Source: Methanobacteriota archaeon
GTDB taxonomy: Archaea > Thermoplasmatota > Thermoplasmata > SG8-5 > DAIRED01
Length of the DNA stretch: 64,000 nucleotides
Direction: 5' to 3'
NCBI GenBank assembly: GCA_043799545.1
Contig: JAZDNO010000023.1
Span: 1 to 64,000, forward strand
Under the pieces are notes generated by a model. It saw nothing but the letters and a program-made list of their open reading frames with translations, searched no databases and was not told the DNA's origin. How positions within the stretch are numbered: position 1 is the stretch's first letter; each line of letters opens with the position of its first letter. Made by a program: the position numbers and the translations under genes. Shown piece by piece: positions 36,466-51,400 of the stretch.

Positions 36466-39400
36466 ATGTCTAAGCGCGAGAGCGGGATAGAGTGTCCGGT
36501 TTGCGGAGCATCCAATCCAACTGGCGATTCCGAGTGCAAGGAGTGCGGTTTCATATTCGAGGCTGACCGGGCTGTGGCGAAGCCTCCTGTGGCAGCAGCC
36601 GCTCCGAAAGGAGTAGTAGCTCCCTCCTCGACGCGCGAGTGCCCCAGCTGCATGGCCATAATCGAGGCATCCGACGCGGAGTGCCCCATCTGCGGCGAGA
36701 AGTTAGTGCCAACCTTCGTCAAGGAGACTGGCCAGGAGATATCGTGTAAATCCTGCGGGGCATTGCTCGATTCGTCGTTGACGGTCTGCCCGATATGCGG
36801 GGAAGGCCTGGTAGAGGTCAGGGAGGAGCCGGCGCCGGAAGCCCAGGCCGACGAGTTCACATGCAGCAACTGCGGGTCGATACTCTCGTTCGGTATGACC
36901 GAGTGCCCGGTCTGCGGCGTGAGGTTCGACCAGCCGTTGACCCCCCCAATGCCGGTCTCGGCGGTTCCAGCAGAACCTGTCGAGATACCCATGGAAACGC
37001 CCGAACCCGCTGTAGCCAAGGACGAATCATGGGACCTTGGGTCTGTGGGCGGCCAGGCTGTTGAACCTGCGGATGCCCCATACGAACCGGAACAGAGGGA
37101 GGAACCAGCCGCTCCGGGGATAGATGCAATTCCAGAGGAGCCGATGCAGGTCGCAGAAGAGCCGCCAATGCCAGTTCCATCAGCTCCGCCCGAGGCGGTG
37201 CCGGCGAAGGTCAAGCTGGCGGACGACGAGTTCGCATGCCCGTCATGCTCCGTTCCGGTCAAGCTTGGAACGGACCGCTGCGAATCGTGCTGGGCGGACG
37301 TGGCCGGATACGTCAGGTGCCCGTCATGCGGGACGGCGTCTGGACCCGGGGTGGAGGTCTGTCCGGACTGTTTCGCCAAGCTGCCATTGGCCGCGGCGCC
37401 GACGGCGATGGCGCCTGAACCGGAACTCGAGGTTCCCGAGGATAAAGAAGAGCCCTCGCCCAAGGAGGGCGACGCCGATTGCCCGTCGTGCGGAAGCCCG
37501 GTCCTCAAGGAAGACGTGATGTGCGCCGACTGCGGAATGATACTCATAAATGAGGAGGAGCCGCCGGTCAAGAAGCGCGAGCCGAGGAAGAAGCCCATCC
37601 AGCAGCTCGGAGTATGGGAGAAGCGCGCTGTGATAATCGTGATTGCGCTCCTCATGAGCTCCGCCCTGATGCCATTCATATTCAGCCTGCCGCAGGTCGA
37701 GCGCGACCGGATAATATTCGACGGGTCATTCGACGACTGGGGCCAAGTTAGGGTCAACCACGACGACGTGGGAGCGCTGCCGAGCGAGGTGGACATTACT
37801 GCCTACCAGGTGATATCCGACGGCAGGAACATCTACTTCTCGGAGACCGTGCTGGGCAATATCTTCAGCAGCGTCCGCGGGGAGACGATGAGGGTATTCG
37901 CCGATACAGACCGGAATCCGGCCACTGGCTATTCCATACGCGGCACGGGCGCCGACTACATGGTCCGGGTCTACGGATGGGGCGGCGTCGTCAGGAGCGC
38001 TTCCTGCCTCAGGTTCGCCACCGCCACAAACCAGAACGACTTCACAGCTTTCCAGAGCCACGCCACGGCGTACCCGTACGCCTCGGGAAACCAAACGGAG
38101 GTCCGCGTGCTCCTTGCAGACATGGGGATGAACGAAGAGACACGGGCGAACATAGTTTTCTACATGGGCAACTCGCTCGGCCAGCATGACTTCTCCGACC
38201 TGGTCGTGTCGAACATCGGTGGGGTTCTCAACGTCAGGCAGGTCCCTTCCGCGAGCGTTCTCGCGGACGGCTGGATACCTGTCGGAACCTCGACTGAGGT
38301 GATGACCTTCGAGATGGCGGCTGCGGGCCAAGACATCTCATTAACGGGATTGGAGACGCACGGGCTCGTCCAGAACCGGACCCTTCCGCTAATGATCGCC
38401 GATGGGAATACCGTGCTCGCCAGCGTCATAGCCAACCCGACCGCTGCCCAAGCAGGCGATGTGGTCGAGGCCTTGTTCGCCGCAGCGGACTTCACGCTGC
38501 TGGATGGTTCCACGGCCGTCACGGGCGGAGCCGCCAGGGCGTATGCCGGCCAACCTGCAGCCGGGGTGACGATAGACGGCGCCTTCGCAGATTGGCGTAA
38601 TGAAGCGATCTCCGACGACCCGACAACCGACGTCATGGACCGGAGCTCTACGAATTACATCACTTCTGATAACATCAACATCCTGGGGTACGCCAGCGGG
38701 ACCGCCGCCAGCGCCCAGGGGCAGAGCCTCAACGTTTACGTGAACGTTGCAGGCCATGCGCTTGGCGGAACCGACGTGCCGGTCGAGGAATCGGCTCACC
38801 TGGTGCCCCCGAGCAGCACTAGGTCCCAGGCTACACCGTCTGCAAGCCAGGCGCAATCGAACAATACCCGTTCGGAACAAGCGCAAACGCCAGCCGGAAC
38901 AAGGCAGGCGGCCGCTGAGCGCCCGGAGCTGGCGCCGCCGGCGCCGAAGGCGAAGACGGGCGAGGACGCAATCCTCGTGCTGCTGGACACGGACAACCGT
39001 TCGGCGACTGGATACCTGGCCGGCGGGCTCGGCGCGGACATGCTCCTAGAGGTAAAGGGGCGCGAGGGAAAGGTGACTTCGACGATTCTGTACGGTTTCT
39101 CCGGCGCGGACCAGAGGATTTACTCCTGGAATGCGGTGGGAAACGGCACCGCCGCCTGCACGGGCTCGGAGATTGAGGTGGGAGTACTGCTTTCCGATAT
39201 CGGAATAGCTGCCTACGCTGAACTTGCAGTCCTGATTCATGTGGTCGACTGGAAGGAGGACAAGGACGCTGCGAACGTGAGCTGGGACGCAGCTGGCAAC
39301 GCGTTAGGGACCACTAGGGCACCCGCTCCGCCCAACCAGATATACGGTTGGGTAAAACACGCGAACAACTCGATAGCCAACGGCACTACATTGGCGGTGA

Positions 39401-42400
39401 TGATTGCGGTGAGCGGGATAGCGAGTAGCTACGTCGTGCGCACGAACAGTACGACTGGCGGTTTCTTCTTCAACTTCCCATCGAGCTACAACGGAAGGAC
39501 CGCATCGTTCTATACGACGGACGGAACGGCAAACTGGGGACTCAGGAGAACCGTCCTTGCCGGGAATTTCGTAGGAATCATCACGAAAGACTTCAATATC
39601 ACAATGAACAGATCTCTCGCGGCTTATGCCCCGAAGGACTTCATGGCATCGACCGGGGCCTCGTCAGACCCGGAGGTCAAACTTAGATGGACGGCCACGG
39701 GCTTACCGCCGTCTGGAAACTACAGGATTTTCAGGGGCACGACGCTTTTCTACGACCAGTCAGATGACGCATACGATTGCTTCCAATTCACGCCGCAGGC
39801 GACGACCTCCTCGTATGGCTGGCTCGACTCGAACGTGAGCATAGGCGGCGATTACTTCTACTACGTCGCTGCGGTCAATGGAACATCGAACGAGATGAAC
39901 TCGACGTTCCTCTGGAACCGCGTCCAAGCATTGCCCGAATCCCCGTACACGGTCTACGGCGTGGCAAAGAACCCGGATGGCACCAGAATACAGGGAGTCA
40001 ACGTCGAGGTGCGCACGTGGAACGGCAGCGTCTGGCACATCTTCAATAAAATCACGGATCCGACTGGTGGCTACCTCGTGACCCTCCAGCCCGACGAGTA
40101 CCTCCTCGGTTCGGAGGCGCACGTGAACGGTACTCTCGGCGACGCGTCCGTCTACAACCTCACAGCCGTCCCGTACATCCCTGGCATCCAGGACGACAAG
40201 TCTCCGTGCAACCTCACCCTCGGCCCGCCGCCGATGGAATTTTCCAAGACGGTGGACGAGCAGTTCATCGTTGTGGGCGAGACGCTCCACTATACGATAT
40301 GGTTCAACAACACCGGGACTGTCAACGCATCGCAGGTATGGATTAACGACACTCTGCCTCAGGGGGTCGTCTACGCCGCGGACACGGCGGCGACGTCCCC
40401 TACGGCTTTCCCCTACTTCGTCAGCAGGACCGGTCCGCAATGGGTCGGCAGCAACCAGGAGATATACTACGTCTTCGTGGATGTCACTCCCGGAAACCAC
40501 TATTTTCAGATTGACGCGGTCGTGAACGTCACGGGGGTGTTGAACGGCACTATGCTGACCAACTGGGCGTACATGAACTGGACGACCGACGGCACGCAGT
40601 ACTGGACGCAGAACGGCACGATGTTCTATCCGGACGGCCTGAGCGACAGCGCCACAAGCACCGCGCTCGTCACGAACGTCGTCATAACCAAGGATGTGGA
40701 CCTGGCGGTTGCGAACGCGGGAGACTATCTGGTATACACGGTGACTTTCAGCAACGCCGGCGGCGTCGACGCCTCGTTCGTCTGGGTCAACGACACGTTA
40801 CCGAACGTGCCTCCAGGCGCCGTGACGTATGTCAGCGATACTGCCCTGTCGCTCGGAGCACTCTTCCTGAGCAGCACGACGTGGACCACCCCGCTGCAAT
40901 ACGTTTTCCAGAACGTTCCGCCGGGAGCGCACGCATTCACGATAACCGCCCGCATTGCCACCAACGTCCCAGTGGGCACCGCGCTGCTGAACAACGCCAG
41001 CTGCACCTACGCGATGGCGACGACTTCCTTCTTCGGACCGTGGGACACGGCGCAAACCACCGTGGTCGCCCCGAGCATTGCCGTCGGCAAGACGGTGGAC
41101 CTGCCTCAGGCGCGCCCAGGCGACGCCCTGACGTACACCATCCGCTTCGACAACAACGGGAACGACGTGGCGGACCGCGTGTGGATAAACGATACCCTGG
41201 ACACGGACACGTACTGGGAGACTGACACGTCGCAGTCGCTCTTCACCATGTTCGTGTCGAGGGCGATCAGCGCCGTCCCGGGCGCCACGCTGCGCTACGT
41301 ATTCGGCAACGTGCCCGTCGGCGCGCATCAATTCACGATAACTGCGAGGATACGCGCGGACGCTCTGACCAGGCCCGGGCCTGACGGATGGGCGGTCAAC
41401 TCTGTCGAGCTGGACTTCGCCACGAACTACACATCGTACGCGCAGAGCTCCGCCAGCGCGCAAACGGAAATCATTGCCCCTGCCGTCGAGGTCGCCAAGG
41501 ACGTGAGCGCCGCGACCGCATCGCCAGGCGACCCGCTCGTTTACACCATAGCGATATACAACAACGGCACGGCTCCAGCATCCTACGTCTGGATAAACGA
41601 TACCCTGCCAGCGGGAGTCACGTTCGTCAGGGACACGGCCGGTTTGGGCTCGACGGCGGCGCCGTTCTGGTCCGCGAGCAGCAACGCATCCAACCCGCTC
41701 CAGTACGTCTTCCGGGACGTACCGCCGGCCCCGGGCGTCTACTCGTTCCAGGTGTTCGTCACGATTTTGGGCACGGTGATGGACGGCACGTGCCTCACGA
41801 ACTGGGTCTACTGCGACTATGCCCCGCAAGGCGTCCAGACATTCGACAACGCCACGACGGTCGTGCGCAGGCCGATTATTGACGTGGACAAGGCGGCGGA
41901 CCCGGGCATAGTTTATCCGGGAAGCTTCCTGAACTACACGATATGGTTCAACAACACCGGAGGTGGGGGCGCGTCTTACACGTGGTTGAACGACACTCTA
42001 CCGCTTAACGCACAGTACGTGAGCGATACGAACGCGTCAGTCATAGGCGTCGGTCCTCCGGCGACGACCTGGACCCATGTAGGCAACGTCATAAGGTGGG
42101 TCTTCAGGACCGTCCAGCCCGGCATCCACAGCTTCACAATCACCATGCGTGTTAGCAGCGCTGCAGCGGAGGGCGACTTCGTCGTCAACACGGTCTTGTG
42201 CGCTTACGAGCAGGCGAACGGGCTCAAGTTCGCGCCCTCGTCTGCGACCGCCATCGCGGCGGTGCTGGCCGGACCAATAATCGGGGTGACGAAGGCCGCA
42301 GACCACAACCCGGTGCTGCCCGGAGACGTTCTGACATACCAGATAACGTTCAACAACGGCGGCAACCAGGTCGCTTCCCGCGTATGGCTCAACGAGACGC

Positions 42401-45400
42401 TCCCCGCAGGAGTGGCGTACATCAGCGACACGAACGCATCTGTGACCTCGTCGGGCGTGGGCTTGGCGATATTCGTCTCCAGAATAGGCAATTCGATACG
42501 ATGGGTATTCTACGACGTGGCGCCTGGCGCCCACTCGTTCCAGGTCAGCGCGAGGGTCAACTTAGAGGTCGAATGGAGCGTGCTGAGCAACTACGTCAGG
42601 TGCGAGTACCTTTCGAGCACGGGTGTGTACGGCCCCGACACGTGGGACTGGGCGAACGTGACCGTTCTCAGGCCCAATATCACGGTTGTGAAGAACGTTG
42701 ACAGGGCTTTCGCCTCGCCTGGCGACCTGCTGACATACACGGTCTCATTCGCCAACACCGGGAGCGTACCATCCATCGTTCGCATCGTCGACGACCTGCC
42801 TCTGGGAGTATCGTACTTTACGGACGATGCGGCGACGATATCCGGGGTCATCACCCTGGCTTCAAAGGGGACAAGCGGCCAGCGCCTCTGGTTCAACTTC
42901 ACAAACGTCCAGCCGGGACCGCACTCCTTCAACGTCGTCGTGCAGATTAGGACGAACGTGACGGCGGGCACGATACTCGTCAACAACGCCCTGCTCAACT
43001 ACACGGCAGAGAACGGCCACGAGTTCGCAGGCTCCAGGGACAACGCAACGACAATCGTTTCGGACATGGTCGTCGTCAAGTCGGCCTCGCGGCCCTCGGT
43101 CGGCCCGGGGGATTTCCTCAACTTCACGATATGGTTCAACAACACGGGGAACATGACGTGCTCGTATGTCTGGATTAACGATACCTTGCCGGCCTGGACC
43201 ACGTACGTCACGGACACGGCCGCGTCGCTGGGATACACATTCACGCGGACAGTCGGCGTCGGTTTCGTGCGATATGCCTTCCGCAACATCTCGGCCAACA
43301 GCTTCAACTCGTTCACCATCGCCCTGCGCGTCAACGCCAGCGTCCCGCCGGGAACGTGGGTGAACAACACGGTCGTAATGAACTACACGGACGCCTTCGG
43401 CAACCTCTTGCCCGGTTCGCAGGACGTCGCACCGGTCAGGGTGGACGTGGCGGTGGTTGGGCTGGCCAAAACCGTGGACTTGCCCGTCGCGTACCCCGAC
43501 GATTTGCTCACGTACACGATATGGTTCAACAACACCGGTACAATCGCGTCGCCGCACGTTTGGATAAACGACACGCTGCCGTCGTGGGTGACGCTCGCGG
43601 CGCCGTGGAGCCTCGGTGGAACCGGAGCAGTCGGCGGGGGCGGTCTGGTCAACTTCACTTTGAACGTCTACTACGCATGGCACTTCCTGAACGTGGGCGT
43701 GGGAACGCACTTCATCACGCTGATTGTTCGGATAAACCCCGCGGCACCGTCCGGAATGCTGGTCAACCTAGCCGAGTCCGATTATGACAACGGTTACGGA
43801 ACCATGCTGCCGCGAAACGACACGGCCACCACTCTGGTAATAAGGCCATACATTTCGGTTAACAAGGCGGGACCCGGGCAGGCGCTCCCAGGCGACTGGA
43901 TACGCTACTGGATAAACTTCACGGTAACTGGCGCAGGTATCGCGTCGATGGTCTGGATAAACGACACCCTTCCTGCGGAGCTTGGGTTCATAACGCACAA
44001 CGCGGATGCTTCGTTGTCGACGTGGGCAATCTTCGCAGGCTTCTGGCAGAACGGACAGGATATGCACTTCAACTTCACGAACGTACCGGCGGGTTCCTAC
44101 TCGTTCTGGATGCAGGTTGCAGTGAGCACCTCCGCCGAGGGGGAGGTCACCAACACGGCGTACCTCGACTACTCGATAGCCAACGGATACGTTTGGCACG
44201 CCCAAGACGACGCGATGACCGACGTGGTCCGGCCGCACATCACGATATCGAAGACAGTCAACCTGGCCGAGGCTTACCCGAACGACATCTTGGTTTACAC
44301 GATATACTACAACAACACTGGCGGAGCAGCCGCTGCCATGGTGATAGTCACGGACGTCCTTCCGAACTGGGTCTCCTACATCGACGACACGTCCGGCGTA
44401 ACGCCTGTGTTCGACGGCCTCCAGACGTACGATTGGACATTCATGTCAGTCACGATGGGCCTGCACAGCTTCCAGGTCCGCGTGCGCGTGAACAGCACGA
44501 CCCCGCACTGCCAGACTCTGGTCAACACGGCGTCGCTGACATACTCGACGATTAGCAATGTCGGTACGCCGGCTGAGTTCGAGCCTTCCATCGACGCGGC
44601 ATCCACGCACATCAACAGGCCGCTCATAACAGTTGACAAGATCGTCGACTATGCGGTCGCGGCTCCGGGAGCCTTCCTCAACTACACAATCGCTTTCGAC
44701 AACAACAACCCGGAAGCGGCGTTCGCCGTCTGGATAAACGACACCCTGCCCGCGGGCGTGATATACGTCACCGACACATCGGCGGCAGTGGTCGGCGCGA
44801 CCCTCGCCAGCAGCGGCCGGAGCGGCCAGTTCATGTGGTTCAACTTCACGAACGTGCTGCCTGGGGCGCACGCCTTCACCGTAACGGTCCGTATAAATCC
44901 GGTGGCCGTCCCTGGCACCACTTTGACCAACTGGGCGCACCTCGATTACGCCGCGGCGAACGGCTTCATGCTCGAGCCTTCAGAGGACACGGCATCGACG
45001 CTCATCTCGGCGATGGGCATCACCAAGGACGTAGACCTCCCGCTCGCGGTCCAGGGAGACACGCTGACCTACACCATAACATTCGAGAACACCGCCGCGT
45101 CGCCGGCGATGTTCGTGTGGATTAACGATACATTGCCAATGGGCGTTACCTATGTGAGTGACACTGCATTTTTCCTCGGTGTTTATGGAGGCGGACCAAC
45201 CTTCTCAGGACAGGTCGTTAGGTTCTGGTTCCAGAACGTCCCGCAGGGCGTTTACACCTTTGATATCGTAGTGACAATCGACGCCTCGGTAGCGCCAGGC
45301 ACCTGGCTCAACAACACCGCGCGACTCGACTGGGCGAACGAGCTAGGCGGCATCATGCCGTCGTCGCAGGACGGGGCGGAGACGAAGGTCGCCGAGGCCG

Positions 45401-48400
45401 TCGTGGACATAGCAAAGAGCGCCTCTGTGGGCCGGGTCTACCCGGGACAGCAGTTCACGTACACGATATGGTTCAACAACTCCGGCGAGACGGACGCTAC
45501 GTGGGTAAGCATCGTGGACTTCTTGCCCAGCGGCGTAGTCTATCAGTCCAACACCGCCGGGGCCGTGGCGGGCGCGACGTTCTTGGGGCCAATGGCCCAG
45601 AGCGGGCGATACCTCTATTTCAACTTCACCGGCGTTCTGCCGGGTGCGCACTCGTTCACGATAAACCTCTCGGTGTCGGTGCCGCTGGACAACGTCCTGC
45701 TGGTCAACCAGGCGTCTCTGAATTACAGCGCTGGCTCTTACCAATACCAGGACTGGCCCGTCGACTGGGCGAACGTCACGCTGGTGATGCCGATAATGAC
45801 GGTCGACAAGACCCCGGAGATACAGCCCGCCTCTTGGGGCGACCTCGTCACTTTCACGATAACCTTCAGCAACACCGGGCACGGCACGGCTTCCTGGGTC
45901 TGGATTAACGACACTCTGCCGTCGGGGCTTTTTTACGTATCGGACACGTCCGACACGTCCCCGACGGTTACTCCATATTTCCAAAGCAAGGGGAACTCCG
46001 GACAGAGCCTTTGGTTCAACTTCACGGACGTGCCCTCTGGAGTATATTCGTTCACCCTGACCGTCCGCGTGGGAACCGGAATTGCTGACGGGACAGCGCT
46101 GACGAACACCGTCGATATCCGCTACAACACGCCTGACTGGAACGCATATCCTGTCGACAGCGACGAAGCGTGGGTGATAGTCCAGGTGCCGAGCATCGCG
46201 GTGCAGAAGGACGTCAACAGGAACGTAGCCAGCCCGGGAAGCTTCCTGACGTACACAATATCGTTCAACAACGTCGGCTCGTGGCCGGCGGCGCGCGTCT
46301 GGATTAACGACACGCTGCCTGCGGGCGTGCAGTACTGGAGCGACAACGCAAACCTGGTCGCGGGCGCGACCTTCCTAGCCCCCACCGGCGTCAGCGGTAG
46401 GAGGCTCTACTTCAACTTCACGAACGTCGTCACCGGCCTCCACTCTTTCCAGGTCGTGGCATACGTCCTACCGACCGTGACGAACGGGACGACGCTCACG
46501 AACTGGGCGTTCCTGAACTACACGCTCGCCAGCGGCTACAGGATGCCGCCGTCGCAGGACGACGCCTCGACGCTCGTGACAATCATGGCAGTCGCAAAAG
46601 TCGTGGGCGCTCCAGTCGTGAGGGCGCTGCAGACCGTGACGTACACGATCCACTTCAACAACACCGCCGCGTTCCCGATTACATACGCTTGGCTCAACGA
46701 CACGCTGCCCGCGGGCACGACGTACGCCAACGACACGGCGTGGACCGTGGCGAACGCGAACTTCGTCGGTAAATGGATTTCCGGGCAGCAGCTCAAATTC
46801 AACTTCACGGCAGTGCAGCCGGGATACCACTCGTTCGTCATAACCGCGACTGTCGCGCCTTCGGTCATACCGGGCCAGCAGCTCTCCAACCTCGTCAACC
46901 TGAACCACACTGACAACGCGGGGTTCGAGATGACTGGCTCGTCCTCGTGGGCGAACTGCACGGTGGCCAGGCCGACGCTGACAATAGCTAAAGCAGCCGT
47001 CACGCCGGATGTCTACCCGGGGAGCGTCGCAAGGTTCGCAATCACCGTCACGAACATCGGGACGGACGCGGCTGGCTGGATTTGGGTCAACGACACGCTT
47101 CAGGCCGGGCTGACTTTCGTGGCGCACAACGCATGGGCACTCGCGGCGTTTTCCGCCAACGAGAGCCTGACCGCGAACTTCGTCAGCATCAGGTTCTACG
47201 GTCTGGGCGTCGGCGCGAGCCTGACGTTCTGGCTCGACGCCCGGGTCGCAATCACTCAGGGCGACGACACATACCGGATGAACACCGCGCGATGCGCCTT
47301 CACGTCGGTCGGCGGATACAGGCTGCCGGAAGAGCCCGTCGACTCGGCGCTGATACACATCACCAGGCCGGCAGTCTCGGTGCAGAAAGCCGTCGACAGG
47401 TCTGGCGTCTACCACGGCCAGACGCTCACGTACACGATATGGTTCAACAACTCCGGGCACGCGCCAGCGGGTGACATCTGGATAAACGACACCCTGCCCA
47501 ACAACGTCCTCTATCAAGGTGACACATCTGGGCTGGGGGTTGGGCAGCACCAGAGCATAGGGTTGTGGCACTCGTGGCATTTCACAAACGTCGCTGTCGG
47601 AGCGCGCTCGTTCACCATCACGGTCCTGGTCCTACAGTCTGCTCCGATAAACAGCTGGCTCTACAACGAGGCGACGTGGAACTACACCTCGCCGAACGGC
47701 ATAAACCCCGGGACGGCGACCGCGACGAGCAACCAGGTCTCCACCCTCGTCCTCGGCCCAATCGTCTCGTTATCCAAAATCGTGGACGCAGCGACCGCCC
47801 AGCCGGGCCAGCCCCTCACCTACACAATCTACTTCAACAACACCGGCAACTCCAACGCGCGTGTGTGGCTCAACGACACGCTGCCCCTGGATGTCACATA
47901 CGCAGGGCACACAGCCGCCACGACGGCTACGCACACCTTGCTGAGCTGGGGCCGGAGCGGCCAAAACCTGTGGTTCAACTTCACGAACGTCCAGCCCGGA
48001 AACCACTGGTTCACAGTGACCGTGCGCGTGAACAACAACGCGCAGAACGGCACGTGGGCCAACAACACCGCGACGTGCGATTTCGTAGCGGCGAACGGCT
48101 ACCACTATGACCGACTCCAGGACGGGGCCATCACTCTGATATTCAGGCCGATGGTCGTAGTGCAGAAGACGGCCGACATCGGCCAGGCGACTATCGGCGA
48201 CACAATCGTGTACACGATTTGGTTCAACAACACCGACGACGTCGACGCTTCCTACGTTTGGCTCAACGACACTCTGCCGCCGGGGGTGACTTACGTATCA
48301 GATACGTCAGCCACGTCCCCGACGGCTTCCCCTTACTTCTGGGCAAACGATACGACCGGCAACCCGCTCCTCTTCGAGTTCAGGGACCTGCCGCCCGGGG

Positions 48401-51400
48401 ACTACTCTTTCACGATTACCGTGGCGGTCGATTACTTCGCGGCTCCGCCGGCGGACTTCACCGCCGAGAACGTGGCGACGTGCGACGTCGCGACGCCTTG
48501 GGCGACGATAGACCATTCGGAGGCGAGCGCCAGCACCCAGATCGTCCGGCCATGGATAACCGTCGGTAAGATTGGCCCGGCAATCGTGAGCCCGGGTGCG
48601 ACCGTCCAGTTCACAATATTCTTCAACAACATCGGGCCATCGGCGGCGGCCTTCGTTTGGATAAACGAGACGTTCTTCGGCTCGATGCTTTGGGTCAGCG
48701 ACAGCGCAGCGGCGGTCTCGGGTGCGACCTTCGGCGGGCGTATCGGGACACCAGGACCCGTCATCCAGTACCTATTCACGAACGTGCAGCCGGGGGCGCA
48801 CAGCTTCGTCGTCAACGTGACGATAGACCCGACGGTGGCCGAGGGCGCATCCCTCTGGAACAACGTCACGCTCGATTACACGACTTCGAGCTCGCAGGCG
48901 AACGTCGACCTTGAGCGGTCATGGCGCAACGTGAGCTTGACAGCCACTGGCGTGAGCATCACGGTCCAGAAGCTCGTCAGCGCAGGGACGGCCACGCCTG
49001 GCGATTTCCTCAACTACACGGTATTCTTCAACAACCTCGGCTCTGAGAACGCTGCCTTTGTCTGGCTCAACGACACGCTCCCCGCGGGCGTTGTTTACGT
49101 CGGCAACACATCCGCTGGCGTCTGGGGCGCAACGCTGGTCAGTTCCGGCCGGAGCGGCCAGAACATGTGGTTCAACTTCACGAACGTCCAGCCGGGCGCG
49201 CACTGGTTCACGATTACTGTGCGCGTATCGACCTCCGGACTTGCAGACGGTCAGCCGCTCAGGAACCGGGCATACCTTAACTACACCAACGCGAACGGCA
49301 ACATGGAAGCCCCGTCGTCCGCGAGCGCCTTGACGGTGGTTTCGATGCCGAACATCACCGTCGCCAAGTCCGTGAACGCCACCCTCGCTTATGCGGGAAC
49401 CTCGCTCACGTATACGATATGGTTCAACAACACGGGCAACGGCACGGCGGCCTTCGTATGGCTGAACGACACCCTCCCGGCGGGAGTCACGTACATTGGA
49501 AACACCTCCGCGACCGTGGCGGGAGCGACGCTGGTCAGCTCCGGTCGGAGCGGACAATCCATGTGGTTCAACTTCACGGACGTGCTGACGGGCGCGCACT
49601 CGTTCACGATAACCGTGGCGATAAACGGCGCAGCTGCGAACAACACGCTCCTCGCCAACCGCGCCTCGCTCAACTACACGGACCTCAACAGGAACATCTA
49701 CCCGTGGTCCCAGGACTGGGCGAACACTACGGTGCTCAACCTTCCGTACATCGTTGTCGAGAAGGCGGTCAACCAGACATCCTGCTCGTCCGGGGACGCG
49801 CTGCAGTACACGATATGGTTCAACAACACCGGCCCGGCGACGTCGGCGCTCGTCGAAATAAGCGACGTGCTGCCCGTGGGAGCGACCTACGTGAGCAACT
49901 CATCCATGAGCGTTGCGGGCGCCACCTACGCCAGCTCGGGCGCCAGCGGCCAGTACCTCTGGTTCAATTTCACGAACGTCCTGACCGGAGTCCACAGCTT
50001 CGTGATAAACGTGACCGGCGCGGGCGGCGCGGGAACGTTCCTGACGAACTGGGCCTTCCTGAACTACACGGATCCGACAGGAACGATACAGCTTCCGTGG
50101 TCGCAGGACTCGGCGACGACCGTCGTGACGAACGTTGCCATCATAGTCGTCAAGACGGCTTCCGTTCCGACGGCCGATCCGAGCGACCCGGTACAGTACA
50201 CGATAACGTTCGACAACGACGGCACGGCGGCCGCAGGCACGGTCTCCATCGCCGACGTGCTCCCCATCGGCGTCACCTACGTCAGCAACTCGTCCGCTTC
50301 CGTGGTGGGCGCCGTACTCGCGAGCAGCGGCATGAGCGGCCAATACCTGTGGTTCAACTTCACGAACGTCCAGCCCGGGGCGCACAGCTTCCTTGTCAAC
50401 GTCACGGTGAACGCCGGTGTCGCGGACCGCACGCCGTTGCGCAACTGGGTGTTCCTCAACTACACGGACATGGCCGCCAATCCGCTCCTGCGGAGCCAGT
50501 CGAGCGCGCTCACGACGGTCACGGCACCAGTCGTCCTGGTTTCCAAGGTTCCGGACATGCAGTACGCCGACCCGGGCGACATTGTGACTTACACGATCAC
50601 ATTCGTGAACACCGGTTCGGGCGTCGCGGCCAGCGTGTGGATTGTCGACACTCTTCAGGCGGGACTAGCATATGTGAGCAACACTTCCGCGAGCGTCGCT
50701 GGCGCAATTCTGGTCAGTTCCGGCCGGAGCGGCCAATACCTGTGGTTCAACTTCACGAACGTCCAGCAGGGCGCGCACTCATTCGTCCTGCGGGCCCGCG
50801 TCCAGGTGGGCCTCGCCGACGGCATTATTCTTAGGAACACGGCCGGCCTAAACTGCACGGACGCGAACGGCAACCTGCTCCCGCAGAGCGTTGACGTAGC
50901 CGACGTCACGGTCACAGCGCCCTCGATGTCCATGGCCAAGACCGCGGCTCCGACCAACGTCTATCCCGGCGAGTACGTCAATTTCACCATAATCTTCCAG
51001 AACTCCGGGGCCGGCGCGGCCTCGTTCGTGTGGTTGAACGACACTCTGCCCGGTTACTGCCAGTACATCACGCATTCCGCTTCGTCCATACCGTACTATT
51101 TGATAAGCACATACGGCGGCGGCATCCTGCGCATCGTGTTCAGGAACCTGCCAACGGGGCTATACTCGTTCACGATTACCGTGAAAATACTGACCAACGC
51201 TCCCGACGGGGTCCGGCTGGATAACGCGGCGAGGCTGGACAGCACGGACGCCAACGGCAACAAGTTGGCGCAACGGACCGACAATGCCAGCGTGTGGGTC
51301 AGGGCTCCGAGCATCGCTGTCCAGAAGACCGTGTCCGACGCCTCGGTCTACCCGAACCAAACGGTTGCATACGAGATATACTTCGACAACATGGGTTCCG

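Noticed and set aside
44800-50780. Recurring DNA motif tgtggttcaacttcacgaacgt at regular spacing, superficially CRISPR-like
   Set aside because: Spacing is about 390 nt, it is in frame (WFNFTNV) inside a CDS, and there are no cas genes.
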